Shown piece after piece: positions 42,865 through 53,808 of a stretch of 64,000 nt of DNA; positions within the stretch are counted from its first letter, which is position 1, and every line of letters starts with the position of its first letter. Both the position numbers and the translations under genes were made by a program. Source of the DNA: Methylococcaceae bacterium (GTDB taxonomy: Bacteria > Pseudomonadota > Gammaproteobacteria > Methylococcales > Methylococcaceae); NCBI GenBank assembly GCA_044350805.1, contig JBILGU010000010.1:8842-72841 (forward strand), given 5' to 3'. The notes under the pieces were generated by a model that was not told the DNA's origin, made no database searches, and was given only the letters and a program-made list of their open reading frames with translations.

Positions 42865-43638
42865 TCAGGAGAGTTCGGCGTGAAGCTCCACAAATTCCTG
42901 AGTCAGCTTGTGGTCAGGTACAAAATAAATGAGGGGCTTGGACAGGCTGTGAGATTCCCTGACCTTGACCGACGTCGAGAGCTTGGTATTCAGGACCGGT
43001 AGCCCCTGATCGGTCAGCTCATCGACAAGCTGTTGCGGAAGCTTTGCGCGGGACTGGAACTGGTTCACCACAATCCCCTCGATCTTGAGGTGCGGGTTGT
43101 GATCCGCTTGAATTTCAGCGATAGAGCCAATCAGCGTGAGGAGCGCTTCCCTTGAAAAGGCATCGCAGTCAAAGGGGATCACGCAGCCATGGCTGGCAAT
43201 CAGAGCGGAGCGACTGAAAAAGTTCAGTACGGGCGGAGTGTCGATGTAAATGTCATCAAAGCCTTCCAAGACGTCCAGCGCCTCCTTGAGCTTGTAGATC
43301 TTGTAGCGGGATTCCAGACGAGACTGGAGCGGCTCAAGTTCAGGATGGGAGGGGAGAACGAAAAGGTTTTCGAAGGGGGACTGATGAATGCGATCCGCCA
43401 ATATTCCGATTTGGTTTTTTCCAAAGAGACTCATGCTCAGGGAGTCTTTGAAGAACTCTGCGACAGTCGCTTCAGGATCTGGGACCTTGTCGCCCAAGAG
43501 ATAGTGGGAGGAATTCCCTTGAACATCGAGGTCAATGACCAGCGTCTTTCGGCCTTGTGATGCACTAATCGCTGCAAGGTTGCAGGTGATTGTTGATTTG
43601 CCGACCCCGCCCTTTTGATTGAATACGACTCTTCGCAC
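42865..43638 (-). CDS. ParA/MinD-family ATPase with no adjacent ParB
   Basis: Deviant Walker A FNQKGGVGKSTITCNLA, and Walker B-type VIDLD and YIDTPP blocks. 257 aa. Confidence 0.85.
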   Translation of the reverse strand: MRRVVFNQKGGVGKSTITCNLAAISASQGRKTLVIDLDVQGNSSHYLLGDKVPDPEATVAEFFKDSLSMSLFGKNQIGILADRIHQSPFENLFVLPSHPELEPLQSRLESRYKIYKLKEALDVLEGFDDIYIDTPPVLNFFSRSALIASHGCVIPFDCDAFSREALLTLIGSIAEIQADHNPHLKIEGIVVNQFQSRAKLPQQLVDELTDQGLPVLNTKLSTSVKVRESHSLSKPLIYFVPDHKLTQEFVELHAELS

Positions 43639-43733
43639 GGTAACCCCCCGTTTCGTCGAAAATTAATCCTCGATTATAGGATGAAACTTAACGGGCCGGA
43701 GTCATTGCGGGGTGACATTCCGTTTCCTTTTCG

Positions 43734-44453
43734 TCAGGGTTCCAGTGACCAACGGCAATTGCCGGAGCTGGCCTTGTTGATGTCCTGAAGTCTGGAGGAA
43801 TGGGCTGCTCGTTCTTCTGGTGAAGGCGCAATGACCGGCAGGGGAGGCCTTGAGGCGCCAGAGGCTCTGAAAACTTCGCTTGGACTCTCCTGCTGGGAGG
43901 CATCGTCTTCGTGTTCGAGTGACAAAGTAATCTGGCCACCGGTCATGGCGAGATAAACTTCGGCCAAGATCTCAGCGTCCAGCAATGCGCCGTGGAGCGT
44001 GCGCTGGCTGTTATCGATGCCATAGCGTTTGCAGAGGGCATCCAGGCTATTGCGCTGTCCAGGATGCTTTTTGCGCGCCATCAGAAGGGTGTCGATGACG
44101 CTACAACGCTCGCCGATGGGTGCAAGGCTTGCCCCGAGCAGGCGAAGTTCGTGGTTAATGAATCCCACGTCGAATGGCGCGTTGTGAATAATGAGCTCAG
44201 CGCCCTCCACAAACCCCAGGAAATCATCCGATATATCTGCAAACCGGGGCTTGTCAGCAAGAAATTCGGCGCTTAGTCCATGGACCTCGACGGCGCCCTC
44301 ATCAATTTCACGCTCCGGATTAATGTAGACGTGAAAACTCTGCCCGGTCAGTTTGCGATCCATGAGTTCCACGCAGCCGATCTCAATGATGCGGTGACCG
44401 GCAGCAGGTTCAAGGCCCGTGGTTTCTGTGTCGAGGATGATTTGACGCGTCAT
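43734..44453 (-). CDS. dnaQ: DNA polymerase III epsilon subunit (3'-5' exonuclease)
   Basis: Exo [10 protein letters not shown], Exo [15 protein letters not shown], Exo [17 protein letters not shown]. Confidence 0.95.
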   Translation of the reverse strand: MTRQIILDTETTGLEPAAGHRIIEIGCVELMDRKLTGQSFHVYINPEREIDEGAVEVHGLSAEFLADKPRFADISDDFLGFVEGAELIIHNAPFDVGFINHELRLLGASLAPIGERCSVIDTLLMARKKHPGQRNSLDALCKRYGIDNSQRTLHGALLDAEILAEVYLAMTGGQITLSLEHEDDASQQESPSEVFRASGASRPPLPVIAPSPEERAAHSSRLQDINKASSGNCRWSLEP

Positions 44454-44905
44454 GGTAAGGGGGCTCCCTGAAGCAACTCATCAATGCCCCGGTTTGCAAG
44501 GACATCCGCGCGTTCGTTGCCGGCGTGGCCGTTGTGTCCCTTGACCCATTGCCATTCGACATCATGCTGGGCTTTGGCGCAGATAAGTGCTTGCCAGAGG
44601 TCGACATTCTTGACGGGACTATTGCTGGACGTCTTCCACCCCTTTTTGATCCATCCAGGCAACCATTCGGTGATCCCTTTCATGACATAGGTGGAATCAG
44701 TTGTGATTGTGACCTTGCAGGGCCTTTTAAGAATTTCAAGGGCCTTGATTGCGGCCGTGAGCTCCATGCGGTTATTGGTGGTTTCCCTTTCGCCCCCATA
44801 GATCTCGCGCTCCTTGCCGTCATACACCAAAAGGGCTCCCCAGCCACCGGGACCCGGGTTTCCTCGGCAGGCCCCATCGGTGTAGACCTCTACCGGCTTT
44901 TGCAT
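44450..44905 (-). CDS. rnhA: Ribonuclease HI
   Basis: [56 protein letters not shown]. Confidence 0.95.
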   Translation of the reverse strand: MQKPVEVYTDGACRGNPGPGGWGALLVYDGKEREIYGGERETTNNRMELTAAIKALEILKRPCKVTITTDSTYVMKGITEWLPGWIKKGWKTSSNSPVKNVDLWQALICAKAQHDVEWQWVKGHNGHAGNERADVLANRGIDELLQGAPLP

Positions 44906-45645
44906 TGTGACTCACGATTTAATTGGGGGCTTTCCATCAGCTTACCGGTCACAAGGCGTGTGAACCCCGACCACTCGGGTTCGATGGGGATCAGCGTGTA
45001 GTTGCGCTTGATCGCTTTGACGGCATAACCCACGGAAAGCCAGTTTTTCAAGGTTCCGAGCTGGGACGGATCCTGTTTGGGGTGTGTGGTTCCCTTGGCG
45101 GTGAAAATCGCCTCTATTTCTGCGTCAAATTTCAGGATGCTAAGCCAGTCAAGCAAATGGTGGGCTTGAATGAGATAGGACTGCCAGAAGGAGTCCTTTG
45201 GACCGGAAATGCTGAAATATCTGGCAGGTGACCAGGGATTGAGCCCAAGAATGAAGAGTCTTCCCTCCGGCTTGAGAACCCGCTCCACCTCACGAAGGAC
45301 CTGATGACGATCGGCAACAAATTCAAGCACATGCGGAAGAATGACCGTATCCACACTTTCTGTTGCAATGGGGAGGGAGCCTGCGCAAGCCTGGATGAAT
45401 GTCGGGAAACTTCGGGGACCCTTGTTGTCCGCGAGAATGAAACTGCCGACACGCTCTGCATCGATGTATCGACTTTCCGATCCGAGCCGTCCCACTTGGA
45501 GGGTGCGCTGGTTGTAGATGTGGGGCAAGGAGGAACGCAGGTACTGGGACTCATTCCCCTGTAGCGCTTGTCCGAGAGTTGCCACGTGATACCATTCCAA
45601 AAATTCACGGCGCGCCTGGGTCTTTGCAGGTCGTATCTTTTTCAT
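44890..45645 (-). CDS. Class I SAM-dependent methyltransferase
   Basis: Methyltransf_11-type C-terminal half ([42 protein letters not shown]). Conserved position upstream of rnhA. Confidence 0.75.
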   Translation of the reverse strand: MKKIRPAKTQARREFLEWYHVATLGQALQGNESQYLRSSLPHIYNQRTLQVGRLGSESRYIDAERVGSFILADNKGPRSFPTFIQACAGSLPIATESVDTVILPHVLEFVADRHQVLREVERVLKPEGRLFILGLNPWSPARYFSISGPKDSFWQSYLIQAHHLLDWLSILKFDAEIEAIFTAKGTTHPKQDPSQLGTLKNWLSVGYAVKAIKRNYTLIPIEPEWSGFTRLVTGKLMESPQLNRESQCKSR

Positions 45646-45708
45646 TGATTATTCGAGAGATACGTGGGGATTCCGGCTGCCGGCAAAGGTTGAGGATTTA
45701 ATAACGTA

Positions 45709-47328
45709 ATGCAACTGCAAAAATCTCGAGTCCGATTAGCCTGCTGTCTTTTGATCCTTTTATCAACAGTCGCCGGCTGCTCCAGGAACGAGGTCAAGAA
45801 GGGCCCCAATATACCCGATTCGGCGGATGCTGAGTCAATGCAGGGTAAGGCTGCACGGAAGAAGAAACCCTCGAGAGGCTCTCAGTACGACACGCTCTGG
45901 GATCGGCTTTTTGCCCTCTACGCGCTCCCGCGGATCGAGCATCCGGACATTGATCGTGAGCTCAACTGGTTTGCTAATCATCCAGCGTACCTTGAGCGTG
46001 CCCAGAATCGCGCCGAGCCTTTCCTCTATTCGATCGTAAAGCTTGTCGAGACGAAGAATGTCCCGGGTGAAATTGCGCTGTTGCCCATCGTCGAGAGTGC
46101 TTTTCAGCCTCACGTGGTGTCCTCCGCGCGTGCTGCAGGTATTTGGCAGTTCATCCCATCGACGGGAACCAACTATGGTCTTAAACACAGCCACTCCTAC
46201 GATGGCCGACGTGATATATATGCCTCGACCAAGGCGGCGATAAAGTATTTGACCAAGTTACATGGTGATTTTGGGGATTGGTTGCTGGCTATTGCGGCCT
46301 ACAACTGCGGGGAGGGCAATGTCTCACGGGCGGTTAAGCGCAACCTTGCGCAGGGTCTGCCTACGGATTTTTGGTCATTGAATCTTCCTCAGGAAACACG
46401 CGCATATGTTCCAAGGCTCCTTGCCGTCGCGCGTTTGTTTGCTGATTCAGAGAAATACGGCATCAGTCTCAAGGACATGCCGAATGCCGCAATCTACAAG
46501 CCCGTCAAAGTTAGCAACCAGCTCGATCTGGCTTTGGCAGCCGATGCCGCCGGGATTTCCCTCGACAAGCTTTATGAGCTGAATCCTGGTTTTAAGGGCC
46601 AGATTGCCGATTTGGATGGGAGCTTCCACCTCTATATTCCTGCCGAAAAGAAAGCGGCGGATTTCAGGCAGGAAGTAGAGCGCTTGCATCAGGAAAAGAA
46701 ACCGCTGATGCGGTCTCTTTACTCCGGTGAGGATGTCCCGATTGCACCGGCGCCATTTGAAACTTTTCGCAAGGAGTTTGCGAAAAAATCTGAATCGGCC
46801 AGTGTGAGCTCGGCTGATCGTTCTGATGCGGTGAGTCCCTCCAGTTCGCGCAGTTCGTCTGAGCGTCGTGCATTCGGTGATGATGGCGATGGCGCTCGCG
46901 CGGCTAAAACCCATGAAGTTCAGCGGGGAGAGACTCTCTATTCCGTCTCGCGCAAATATGGCGTGGATGCGGCGACGCTGGCGCGCTTAAACAACATTCC
47001 GGCGACGACCCAGATTCAGTCGGGTCAGCGCCTCATCGTCTCGGAGCCCAGCGTGCAGGCCCTCCCTGTGTCGCGGTCCTCGGAAAAGCATGGGGGCAGC
47101 AGAGGCCATGACTTCCACCCTGTGGAAAAGGCAAGTCACAAGTCCTCAGGGAAGCATCAGGGTCAGAGTGGGAGCAGTCATGCGGCTCATCGGGGCCGCG
47201 AGGAGCCCGTTTCTCACCACAAGGAAGAACCGGCGGCCAAAAAATCCGCTGCAAAGGCTGGAGCAAAGTCATCACCCCACGATTCAGCGCCATCCTCCAA
47301 AGGAAGTTCTAAGACCAAAAAGAAATAG
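45709..47328 (+). CDS. mltD: Membrane-bound lytic murein transglycosylase D-like lipoprotein (SLT + LysM)
   Basis: Lipobox STVAGCS; SLT block LPIVESAFQPHVVSSARAAGIWQFIPSTG..AAYNCGEGNV; one LysM (HEVQRGETLYSVSRKYGVDAATLARLNNI); and a His/Ser/Lys-rich tail. Confidence 0.88.
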   Translation: MQLQKSRVRLACCLLILLSTVAGCSRNEVKKGPNIPDSADAESMQGKAARKKKPSRGSQYDTLWDRLFALYALPRIEHPDIDRELNWFANHPAYLERAQNRAEPFLYSIVKLVETKNVPGEIALLPIVESAFQPHVVSSARAAGIWQFIPSTGTNYGLKHSHSYDGRRDIYASTKAAIKYLTKLHGDFGDWLLAIAAYNCGEGNVSRAVKRNLAQGLPTDFWSLNLPQETRAYVPRLLAVARLFADSEKYGISLKDMPNAAIYKPVKVSNQLDLALAADAAGISLDKLYELNPGFKGQIADLDGSFHLYIPAEKKAADFRQEVERLHQEKKPLMRSLYSGEDVPIAPAPFETFRKEFAKKSESASVSSADRSDAVSPSSSRSSSERRAFGDDGDGARAAKTHEVQRGETLYSVSRKYGVDAATLARLNNIPATTQIQSGQRLIVSEPSVQALPVSRSSEKHGGSRGHDFHPVEKASHKSSGKHQGQSGSSHAAHRGREEPVSHHKEEPAAKKSAAKAGAKSSPHDSAPSSKGSSKTKKK

Positions 47329-47405
47329 GGCCTCACCAGCTTTGGCCCAATCAGAAATCTTTCGCGATAAGCGTGACCCTTAGTTTGAATGCCTGAGAGT
47401 AAATA

Positions 47406-47768
47406 ATGAATGTTGAGAAACTTCTGGAAGTGGTCCTAAGCACCCTTGAAGACAGTAAAGCCAAGGATGTGACCGTTCTGGATGTTCGCGGCAAGACCAG
47501 CATGACGGATTTCATGGTCGTTGCGAGTGGCACGTCGGAGCGCCACGTGAAATCGCTGGCATCCCACGTGGCCGAAGAAGCCAAGAAAAATGATACCCAA
47601 CCGATTGGGGTTGAAGGCGAGGATGTCGGTGAGTGGGTTCTGGTCGACCTCGGTGAGGTGATCGTTCACGTGATGAAGCCGCAAATCAGGGACTTCTATC
47701 AACTGGAAAAATTGTGGCGAGGAGACGCCAATCCTGGGGAAACGCATTTACTCTCGGCAGCCTCCTGA
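47406..47768 (+). CDS. rsfS: Ribosome silencing factor RsfS
   Basis: LEDSKAKDVTVLDVRGKTSMTDFMVVASGTSERHVKSLA...WVLVDLGEVIVHVM..RDFYQLEKLW. Confidence 0.93.
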   Translation: MNVEKLLEVVLSTLEDSKAKDVTVLDVRGKTSMTDFMVVASGTSERHVKSLASHVAEEAKKNDTQPIGVEGEDVGEWVLVDLGEVIVHVMKPQIRDFYQLEKLWRGDANPGETHLLSAAS

Positions 47769-47849
47769 AGAAGACTGCGTGATGCGCCTTTGGATGCTTG
47801 AGGGAGCCCGTTAGTCCGTTCTCATTTTCAAGGAACGAGGAGGTCATGG

Positions 47850-48887
47850 ATGCCCAGTCAGTTGCATAATGTCCCTCAACTAGGCCTTAAGGCCCGTTTG
47901 GTCACACCTGTAGCCACGGTTGTGGCTGTGACCATCATCGGTACTGTTGGCTACTACATCTTGGGGCAACCCCAGGACGCCACCCTCCTTGATGCCCTTT
48001 TCATGACGGTGATTACGATCACCACCATCGGTTACGGTGAAATCATCCATCTGGATGAGACCGGTCGGCTTTTCACTATCCTGATCGCCCTGACAGGAAT
48101 CGGCAGTCTCTTCTACAGCCTGACGGTGATCATGGACAATTTGGTCCTGATTCGTGTATCAGATCCCTTTGAGACCAAGAAAATGCAAAGAATGATCGAC
48201 GCATTCGATAGTCACGTCATCATTGCGGGACTCGGAAGAGTCGGACGGCAAGCCGCCCGGGAAATGAACGATTCCGGCATGCCATTCGTCATCATCGATA
48301 ATCGCGTTGAGGCGCAGGCCTTTGCTGTTCAGCAGGGTTATCTCTTTATTTTGGGCGATGCGAGCGACGACCAGGTCCTCCAGCAGGCGGGCATCACGCG
48401 CGCCAAGGGCTTGATCGTGACGAGTGGAGATGATGCGACCAATGTCTACATCGTCCTGTCTGCCCGGGTGTTGAATCCCAAGCTTTTCATTATTTCAAGA
48501 GCGGTTGAGGAATCTAGTATTCCCAAATTGACCCGAGCGGGTGCTGATCGTGCCATCAGTCCCCATGCGATTGGCGGAAGAAGGCTTGCGCATTTGATTC
48601 TGAGTCCTACGGTGATAGATTTTTTCGATACGGTCATCTCAAAAGGGGATGAGTGTATGAATCTTGAGGGTATCGGGGTCCAGCTCCATTCGCCGGTCGT
48701 AGGACAGTGTCTTGGTGATCTTTCGCTGCGCGAGCGTTCGGGGGCCAACGTGCTGGTTATTTTCCGAGGTCGACAGGTGATCGCAAATCCTGAGGATTCC
48801 CTTACGCTGGAGGTGGATGACCGGATATTGGCTCTGGGGACCACTCAGCAGCTCAAGGCGCTGGAAAGCATCCTATTGCCAGGTTAG
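47850..48887 (+). CDS. Potassium channel with RCK (TrkA-N/TrkA-C) domains
   Basis: 2-TM pore with selectivity filter TTIGYGE; Rossmann block [14 protein letters not shown]; C-terminal TrkA-C-like region. Confidence 0.88.
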   Translation: MPSQLHNVPQLGLKARLVTPVATVVAVTIIGTVGYYILGQPQDATLLDALFMTVITITTIGYGEIIHLDETGRLFTILIALTGIGSLFYSLTVIMDNLVLIRVSDPFETKKMQRMIDAFDSHVIIAGLGRVGRQAAREMNDSGMPFVIIDNRVEAQAFAVQQGYLFILGDASDDQVLQQAGITRAKGLIVTSGDDATNVYIVLSARVLNPKLFIISRAVEESSIPKLTRAGADRAISPHAIGGRRLAHLILSPTVIDFFDTVISKGDECMNLEGIGVQLHSPVVGQCLGDLSLRERSGANVLVIFRGRQVIANPEDSLTLEVDDRILALGTTQQLKALESILLPG

Positions 48888-49258
48888 GTATCCTCAGGAT
48901 AGATCCGAAAGGCCTCGACAGGTTCGCCGCAGATCAGATGTTCCTGAATGATTCTTTCAAGGACCTCGGGGGTGCAGGATCGATACCAGACGCCCTCGGG
49001 ATAGACCACCGCGATGGGCCCATTGAGGCAGAGCCTTAGGCAATTTGCCTTGGTCCTTGCAATTCGTCCTGGCCGGCTCAGGCCCAGTTCATCCAGACGT
49101 CCCTTGAGGTAGTCCCACGCGGTCAAGCCTTGCTCTTTTCCGCAGCACTTGGGTTTCGATTGGTCGGCACAAATGAAGATGTGGCGCTCGATCTTGTCGA
49201 TGTGAAGGGCGCTTGCGATTTTGCGGAGTTCCGCATCGGAGGAGGGCGTTGATGGCAT
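48884..49258 (-). CDS. Thioredoxin-like [2Fe-2S] ferredoxin
   Basis: [16 protein letters not shown]...[22 protein letters not shown] pattern. ATG 49256-49258 was confirmed on the sequence. The upstream part of the ORF (to 49525) runs antisense to prfC. Confidence 0.75.
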   Translation of the reverse strand: MPSTPSSDAELRKIASALHIDKIERHIFICADQSKPKCCGKEQGLTAWDYLKGRLDELGLSRPGRIARTKANCLRLCLNGPIAVVYPEGVWYRSCTPEVLERIIQEHLICGEPVEAFRIYPEDT

Positions 49259-49316
49259 ATGCTTCTGCGTGTATCGATTGCAAGGGATATAATCCCCGGT
49301 TTTGCTCCCCGCTTCA

Positions 49317-50897
49317 ATGTCTGAACTCCAGTCTGAACTCGATCGGCGAAGAACCTTTGCGATCATCTCCCACCCCGACGCGGGCAAAACGACGCTGACG
49401 GAAAAGCTCCTGCTGTTCGGTGGTGCCATCCAGATGGCTGGCTCCGTCAAGGGCAGGAAAGCCGCACGCCATGCCACATCCGACTGGATGGAAATGGAAA
49501 AGCAGCGCGGCATTTCCGTGACCACCTCCGTGATGCAGTTTGATCACAAGGGAAGAATCTTCAACCTTTTGGATACCCCTGGGCATGAAGACTTTTCCGA
49601 GGATACTTACCGGACCTTGACCGCCGTGGACTCAGCTCTCATGGTGATTGATAGCGCCAAGGGTGTCGAAGAGCGGACCATCAAGTTGATGGAAGTCTGC
49701 CGGCTTCGGGATACACCCATCCTCACGTTCATCAACAAACTGGACCGCGAAGGCCGCGAGCCGATTGAGCTTCTCGATGAAGTCGAGAGGATTCTCAAGA
49801 TCCAGTGCGCGCCCATGACCTGGCCGATTGGCATGGGCAAACGCTTCAAGGGGGTTTATCACCTCTACCGGGATGCAGTTCAGCTCTTCTCTCCCTCGCA
49901 TGGTGATCGGATTGTCGAGGGAGAAATCATCGAAGGGCTGGATAACCCCAGGCTGGATGAGTTGCTCGGTGGCCTGGCGGATGAGCTGCGCATGGAGATT
50001 GAACTGGTTCGAGGGGCAAGCCACACGTTTGACCATCAGGCCTACCTTGAGGGCAAGCAGACACCCGTCTTCTTCGGTTCGGGTATCAATAACTTTGGTG
50101 TCCTCGAGTTGCTGGATGCCTTTGCCGATTATGCGCCTGGCCCTCAGGAGCGATCAGCCCGCGAACGTCCGGTGCCTCCCTCGGAGGAAAAGTTCTCCGG
50201 CTTTGTTTTCAAGATTCAGGCGAATATGGATCCCGCGCACCGGGACCGCATTGCTTTTCTGAGAATCTGTTCAGGTAAATACACCAAGGGCATGCGAATG
50301 CATCATGTCCGGACCGGAAAGACGGTTCAGATTGCCAATGCACTGACGTTTCAGGCAGACAGCCGAGTCAACGTCGAGGACGCCTTCCCCGGAGACATCA
50401 TCGGGCTTCACAATCATGGCACGATCCAGGTTGGCGATACCTTTACGCAAGGGGAAAGCCTCAAGTACGAGGGTGTCCCCTATTTCGCGCCAGAACTTTT
50501 TCGTCGGGTGGTCCTGAAGGACCCGCTGCGAGGAAAAGCCCTGCAAAAGGGCCTGCAGCAGCTGACGGAGGAGGGCGCTACGCAGTTGTTCAAGCCACTC
50601 AAAAATAACGACCTCATCCTGGGGGCCGTGGGCGTTCTCCAGTTTGATGTCACGGCCTTCCGCTTGAAGGCGGAATACAACGTGGAATGTGTCTATGACG
50701 CCGTGGGCGTCACGACCGCGCGCTGGGTCACCTCGGATGATCCCAAGAAACTTGAGGACTTCAGGGCAAAGGTGTTCGACAATCTGGCGGAGGATGGCTC
50801 GGGATATCTGGTGTATCTGGCGACCAGCCGGGTTAACCTCTCCCTGGCGCAGGAGCGCTGGCCCGAGATCCGATTTAGCGCAACCCGGGAGCTCTAG
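49317..50897 (+). CDS. prfC: Peptide chain release factor 3
   Basis: [36 protein letters not shown]. Full-length GTPase. ATG 49317 (MSELQSEL) is preferred over the ORF start at 49302. Confidence 0.95.
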   Translation: MSELQSELDRRRTFAIISHPDAGKTTLTEKLLLFGGAIQMAGSVKGRKAARHATSDWMEMEKQRGISVTTSVMQFDHKGRIFNLLDTPGHEDFSEDTYRTLTAVDSALMVIDSAKGVEERTIKLMEVCRLRDTPILTFINKLDREGREPIELLDEVERILKIQCAPMTWPIGMGKRFKGVYHLYRDAVQLFSPSHGDRIVEGEIIEGLDNPRLDELLGGLADELRMEIELVRGASHTFDHQAYLEGKQTPVFFGSGINNFGVLELLDAFADYAPGPQERSARERPVPPSEEKFSGFVFKIQANMDPAHRDRIAFLRICSGKYTKGMRMHHVRTGKTVQIANALTFQADSRVNVEDAFPGDIIGLHNHGTIQVGDTFTQGESLKYEGVPYFAPELFRRVVLKDPLRGKALQKGLQQLTEEGATQLFKPLKNNDLILGAVGVLQFDVTAFRLKAEYNVECVYDAVGVTTARWVTSDDPKKLEDFRAKVFDNLAEDGSGYLVYLATSRVNLSLAQERWPEIRFSATREL

Positions 50898-50921
50898 TCG
50901 CGGCAGGGTAGAGCAGGGGCA

Positions 50922-53657
50922 TCAATGGGCTTCGTCCCAATTGTTGCCGATGCCAATCCCCACAATAAGTGGAACGGAAAGTTCGCTGACTTGCGTCATT
51001 TGTTCCGCGATGGCGTCCTTGGCCGTCGAAAGAAAATGCTCTTCGACCTCAAAGACCAGCTCGTCATGGACCTGCATGATCATTCGGACCGGCGCTCTGT
51101 GGTTCTCGATCCATTCGTGAACATCAATCATTGCGCGTTTGATCAGATCGGCCGCCGTGCCCTGCATCGGAGCATTGATGGCAGCTCTTTCAGCATATTG
51201 GCGCCGTTGTCCATTGCTGGATCTGATGTCGGGGATATGAAGCCTCCGGCCCATCAATGTCTCGACATATCCGAGTTCCCTGGCTCTCTCCCGGGTGCGA
51301 TCCATGAAGGCCTTGACCCCGGGGTAGCGATCAAAATATCGATCGATATAGGCCTGTGCAACCGGGCGGTCGACGCCGAGCTGCTTTGCTAGACCAAAAG
51401 CTGACATGCCGTAGATCAGGCCAAAGTTAATGGCCTTAGCCGAACGACGCTGGTCCTTGGTCACCTGATCAAGCGGCACGCCGAATACTTCTGCTGCAGT
51501 TTGCTGATGGACATCGCCCCCCGTCAAAAACGCATCGATGAGTCTTGGATCCTTTGAAAAATGCGCCATGATTCTCAGTTCAATCTGAGAGTAATCGGCA
51601 GCAAGGATTTGGGTTCCAGGGGGGGCAATGAAGGCCTGTCGAATCCTCCGTCCTTCCTCTGTTCGAATCGGAATGTTCTGGAGGTTGGGGTCTGCCGAGG
51701 AAAGCCGTCCTGTGGCGGTCACAGCCTGATGGTAGGAGGTGTGAACGCGTCCGGTTCGGGCATTGATCTGTTGCGGCAGTTTTTCGGTATAGGTGGATCG
51801 TAACTTGGATGCTGTTCGGTGCTCCAGGATGATGCTGGGTAACTCGTAGGATTCGGCGAGCTCTGCCAGCACGGATTCATCTGTAGATGGCTGACCTTTG
51901 GGTGTTTTCTTGAGGATCGGAAGATTCAAATTCTCGTAGAGAATTGTCTGGATTTGCTTGGGTGATCCCAGATTGAAGGGCATTCCGGCCAATTCATGCG
52001 CTTGGGCCTCAAGCGCCGCCATCTTTTCCATCAGGAAATCACTTTGCTGCTGTAACAGCCAGGGATCGACCAATACCCCAATGCGTTCCATCTTGGCGAG
52101 GATCGGAATCAGTGGGATTTCAAGATTTTCATAGACAGAGCGAAGCTTCGGGATTCCATTGAGACGAGGCCAGAGTCGTTCGTGCAGCCTCAAGGTGATA
52201 TCTGCATCCTCGGCGGCGTATTGGGTCGCAGGTTCGATCTCCACGGCATCGAAGCCAATTTGCTTGGCCCCCTTGCCAGCCACATCCTCGTAGCGAATGG
52301 TTTCATGATCCAAATAATGCAGGGCCAGAGAGTCCATGTCGTGACGGGTTGCAGTGCTGTCCAGGACATAGGATTCGAGCATGGTGTCATGCCGAATCCC
52401 TGCCAGAGTCAGGCCGTGATTCAAGAGCACATTGGCGTCATACTTAAGGTTCTGCCCGATTTTTCCGATGCTTGAATTTTCAAGGACGGATCTGAGGCGC
52501 TCGAGGACCTCCTCCCGATTGAGTTGCTCAGGGACGCCGGGGTAGTCATGGGCCAAAGGAAGGTATGCCGCCTGACCCGAGTGGACGGAAAAAGAAACGC
52601 CAACGATTTCGGCCTGCATGTAGTTAAGGCTGGTGGTCTCCGTGTCGAAGGCAAAAAGCGCTGATCCTTTGAGAATCTGGAGCCAATTTTCGAAGGCCGC
52701 TTCGGTCAGGATGGTTTCGTACGCGGTCTCAGGTTTGGACGCTTTGGTCCTGGTTTCCTGAGCTTTGGATTCGGCTTTCTTCCCTGGCTCTTCAGGTTCG
52801 CTCTCGATCTGGCGCAGCCAACTATTGAATTCCAGTTGCTTCAGCCACTGCCGCAGTTCCTCAAGGTCAGGAGAGGAGAGTTCCAGATCCTCGACGCCAA
52901 GAGGCAATTCAAGATCACAGCGGATGGTTGCCAGTTGCCGTGACAGGGGGATCTGATCGATCGCGCCCCTGAAATATTCGCCGACTTTGCCGGGAATGGT
53001 CTCCGCACGGGCAATTAGCGTGTCCAGTGAACCGTGTTCGCTAAGCCACTTTGCGGCTGTTTTGGGACCCACCTTAGGAACTCCCGGAATATTGTCGGAG
53101 GTGTCCCCAACCAGGGCGAGATAGTCAATGATCTGCTCTGGAAAAACCCCAAATTTATCCCAGACCCCCTGGCGATCCAGTCGGGAATTGAACATCGTGT
53201 TTTCAAGCGTGATCTGATCGTTCACCAGCTGAGCCATGTCCTTATCGCCGGTCGATATCACCACGGCATACCCTGCTGCTGCAGCCTGAACGGCCAGTGT
53301 GCCGATGACGTCATCCGCCTCGACCCCGGACTCAACGATGAGAGGGAAGCCCATGGCCCGGATGATTTCACGCAAGGGTTGAATCTGGGACTTCAAGTCA
53401 TCAGGCATGGGCGGACGATGCGACTTGTAGGCTTCAAAAAGATCATCGCGAAAGGTTCGCCCGGGCGCGTCAAAAACGACCCCGATGTGAGGTGTTTTAT
53501 GGGAGGCGACGAGTCGACGGAGCATGTTGGCAACCCCGAGAACTGCCCCGGTCGGCTCGCCTTTCGAATTATTCAGAGGGGGGAGCGCATGGTAGGCCCG
53601 ATAGAGAAAAGACGAGCCATCGACGAGAACTAGTTTTCTGGTAGGGGTATCGGTCAT
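50922..53657 (-). CDS. polA: DNA polymerase I
   Basis: 5'-nuclease N-terminus (LVLVDGSSFLYRAYHA), 3'-5' exonuclease (FAFDTETTSL), and polymerase motifs (DYSQIELRIMAH, RRSAKAINFGLIYG, QVHDELVFE). Confidence 0.97.
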   Translation of the reverse strand: MTDTPTRKLVLVDGSSFLYRAYHALPPLNNSKGEPTGAVLGVANMLRRLVASHKTPHIGVVFDAPGRTFRDDLFEAYKSHRPPMPDDLKSQIQPLREIIRAMGFPLIVESGVEADDVIGTLAVQAAAAGYAVVISTGDKDMAQLVNDQITLENTMFNSRLDRQGVWDKFGVFPEQIIDYLALVGDTSDNIPGVPKVGPKTAAKWLSEHGSLDTLIARAETIPGKVGEYFRGAIDQIPLSRQLATIRCDLELPLGVEDLELSSPDLEELRQWLKQLEFNSWLRQIESEPEEPGKKAESKAQETRTKASKPETAYETILTEAAFENWLQILKGSALFAFDTETTSLNYMQAEIVGVSFSVHSGQAAYLPLAHDYPGVPEQLNREEVLERLRSVLENSSIGKIGQNLKYDANVLLNHGLTLAGIRHDTMLESYVLDSTATRHDMDSLALHYLDHETIRYEDVAGKGAKQIGFDAVEIEPATQYAAEDADITLRLHERLWPRLNGIPKLRSVYENLEIPLIPILAKMERIGVLVDPWLLQQQSDFLMEKMAALEAQAHELAGMPFNLGSPKQIQTILYENLNLPILKKTPKGQPSTDESVLAELAESYELPSIILEHRTASKLRSTYTEKLPQQINARTGRVHTSYHQAVTATGRLSSADPNLQNIPIRTEEGRRIRQAFIAPPGTQILAADYSQIELRIMAHFSKDPRLIDAFLTGGDVHQQTAAEVFGVPLDQVTKDQRRSAKAINFGLIYGMSAFGLAKQLGVDRPVAQAYIDRYFDRYPGVKAFMDRTRERARELGYVETLMGRRLHIPDIRSSNGQRRQYAERAAINAPMQGTAADLIKRAMIDVHEWIENHRAPVRMIMQVHDELVFEVEEHFLSTAKDAIAEQMTQVSELSVPLIVGIGIGNNWDEAH

Positions 53658-53808
53658 CGGCGTGGTGAAGGGCGCGTGGCTGAATTGACTCAGATTGTAT
53701 CAGTGGGCCATCTAGGGCTAGTTTATGGGTCTAAAATGGCCGTCAGACTTGGCGAATACCCCTCTGAAACCCTATAATTCAAGCCTTTTAGCGTACTGAG
53801 AACGAGCC

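Noticed and set aside
43688-43939. 83-aa minus-strand ORF
   Set aside because: It overlaps the dnaQ 3' end out of frame, with no features.
49259-49525. Upstream extension of the ferredoxin ORF
   Set aside because: Antisense to the prfC 5' end. The ferredoxin motif block starts after ATG 49258.
53034-53633. 199-aa + strand ORF (also 50925-51392 and 52182-52475)
   Set aside because: Antisense to polA.
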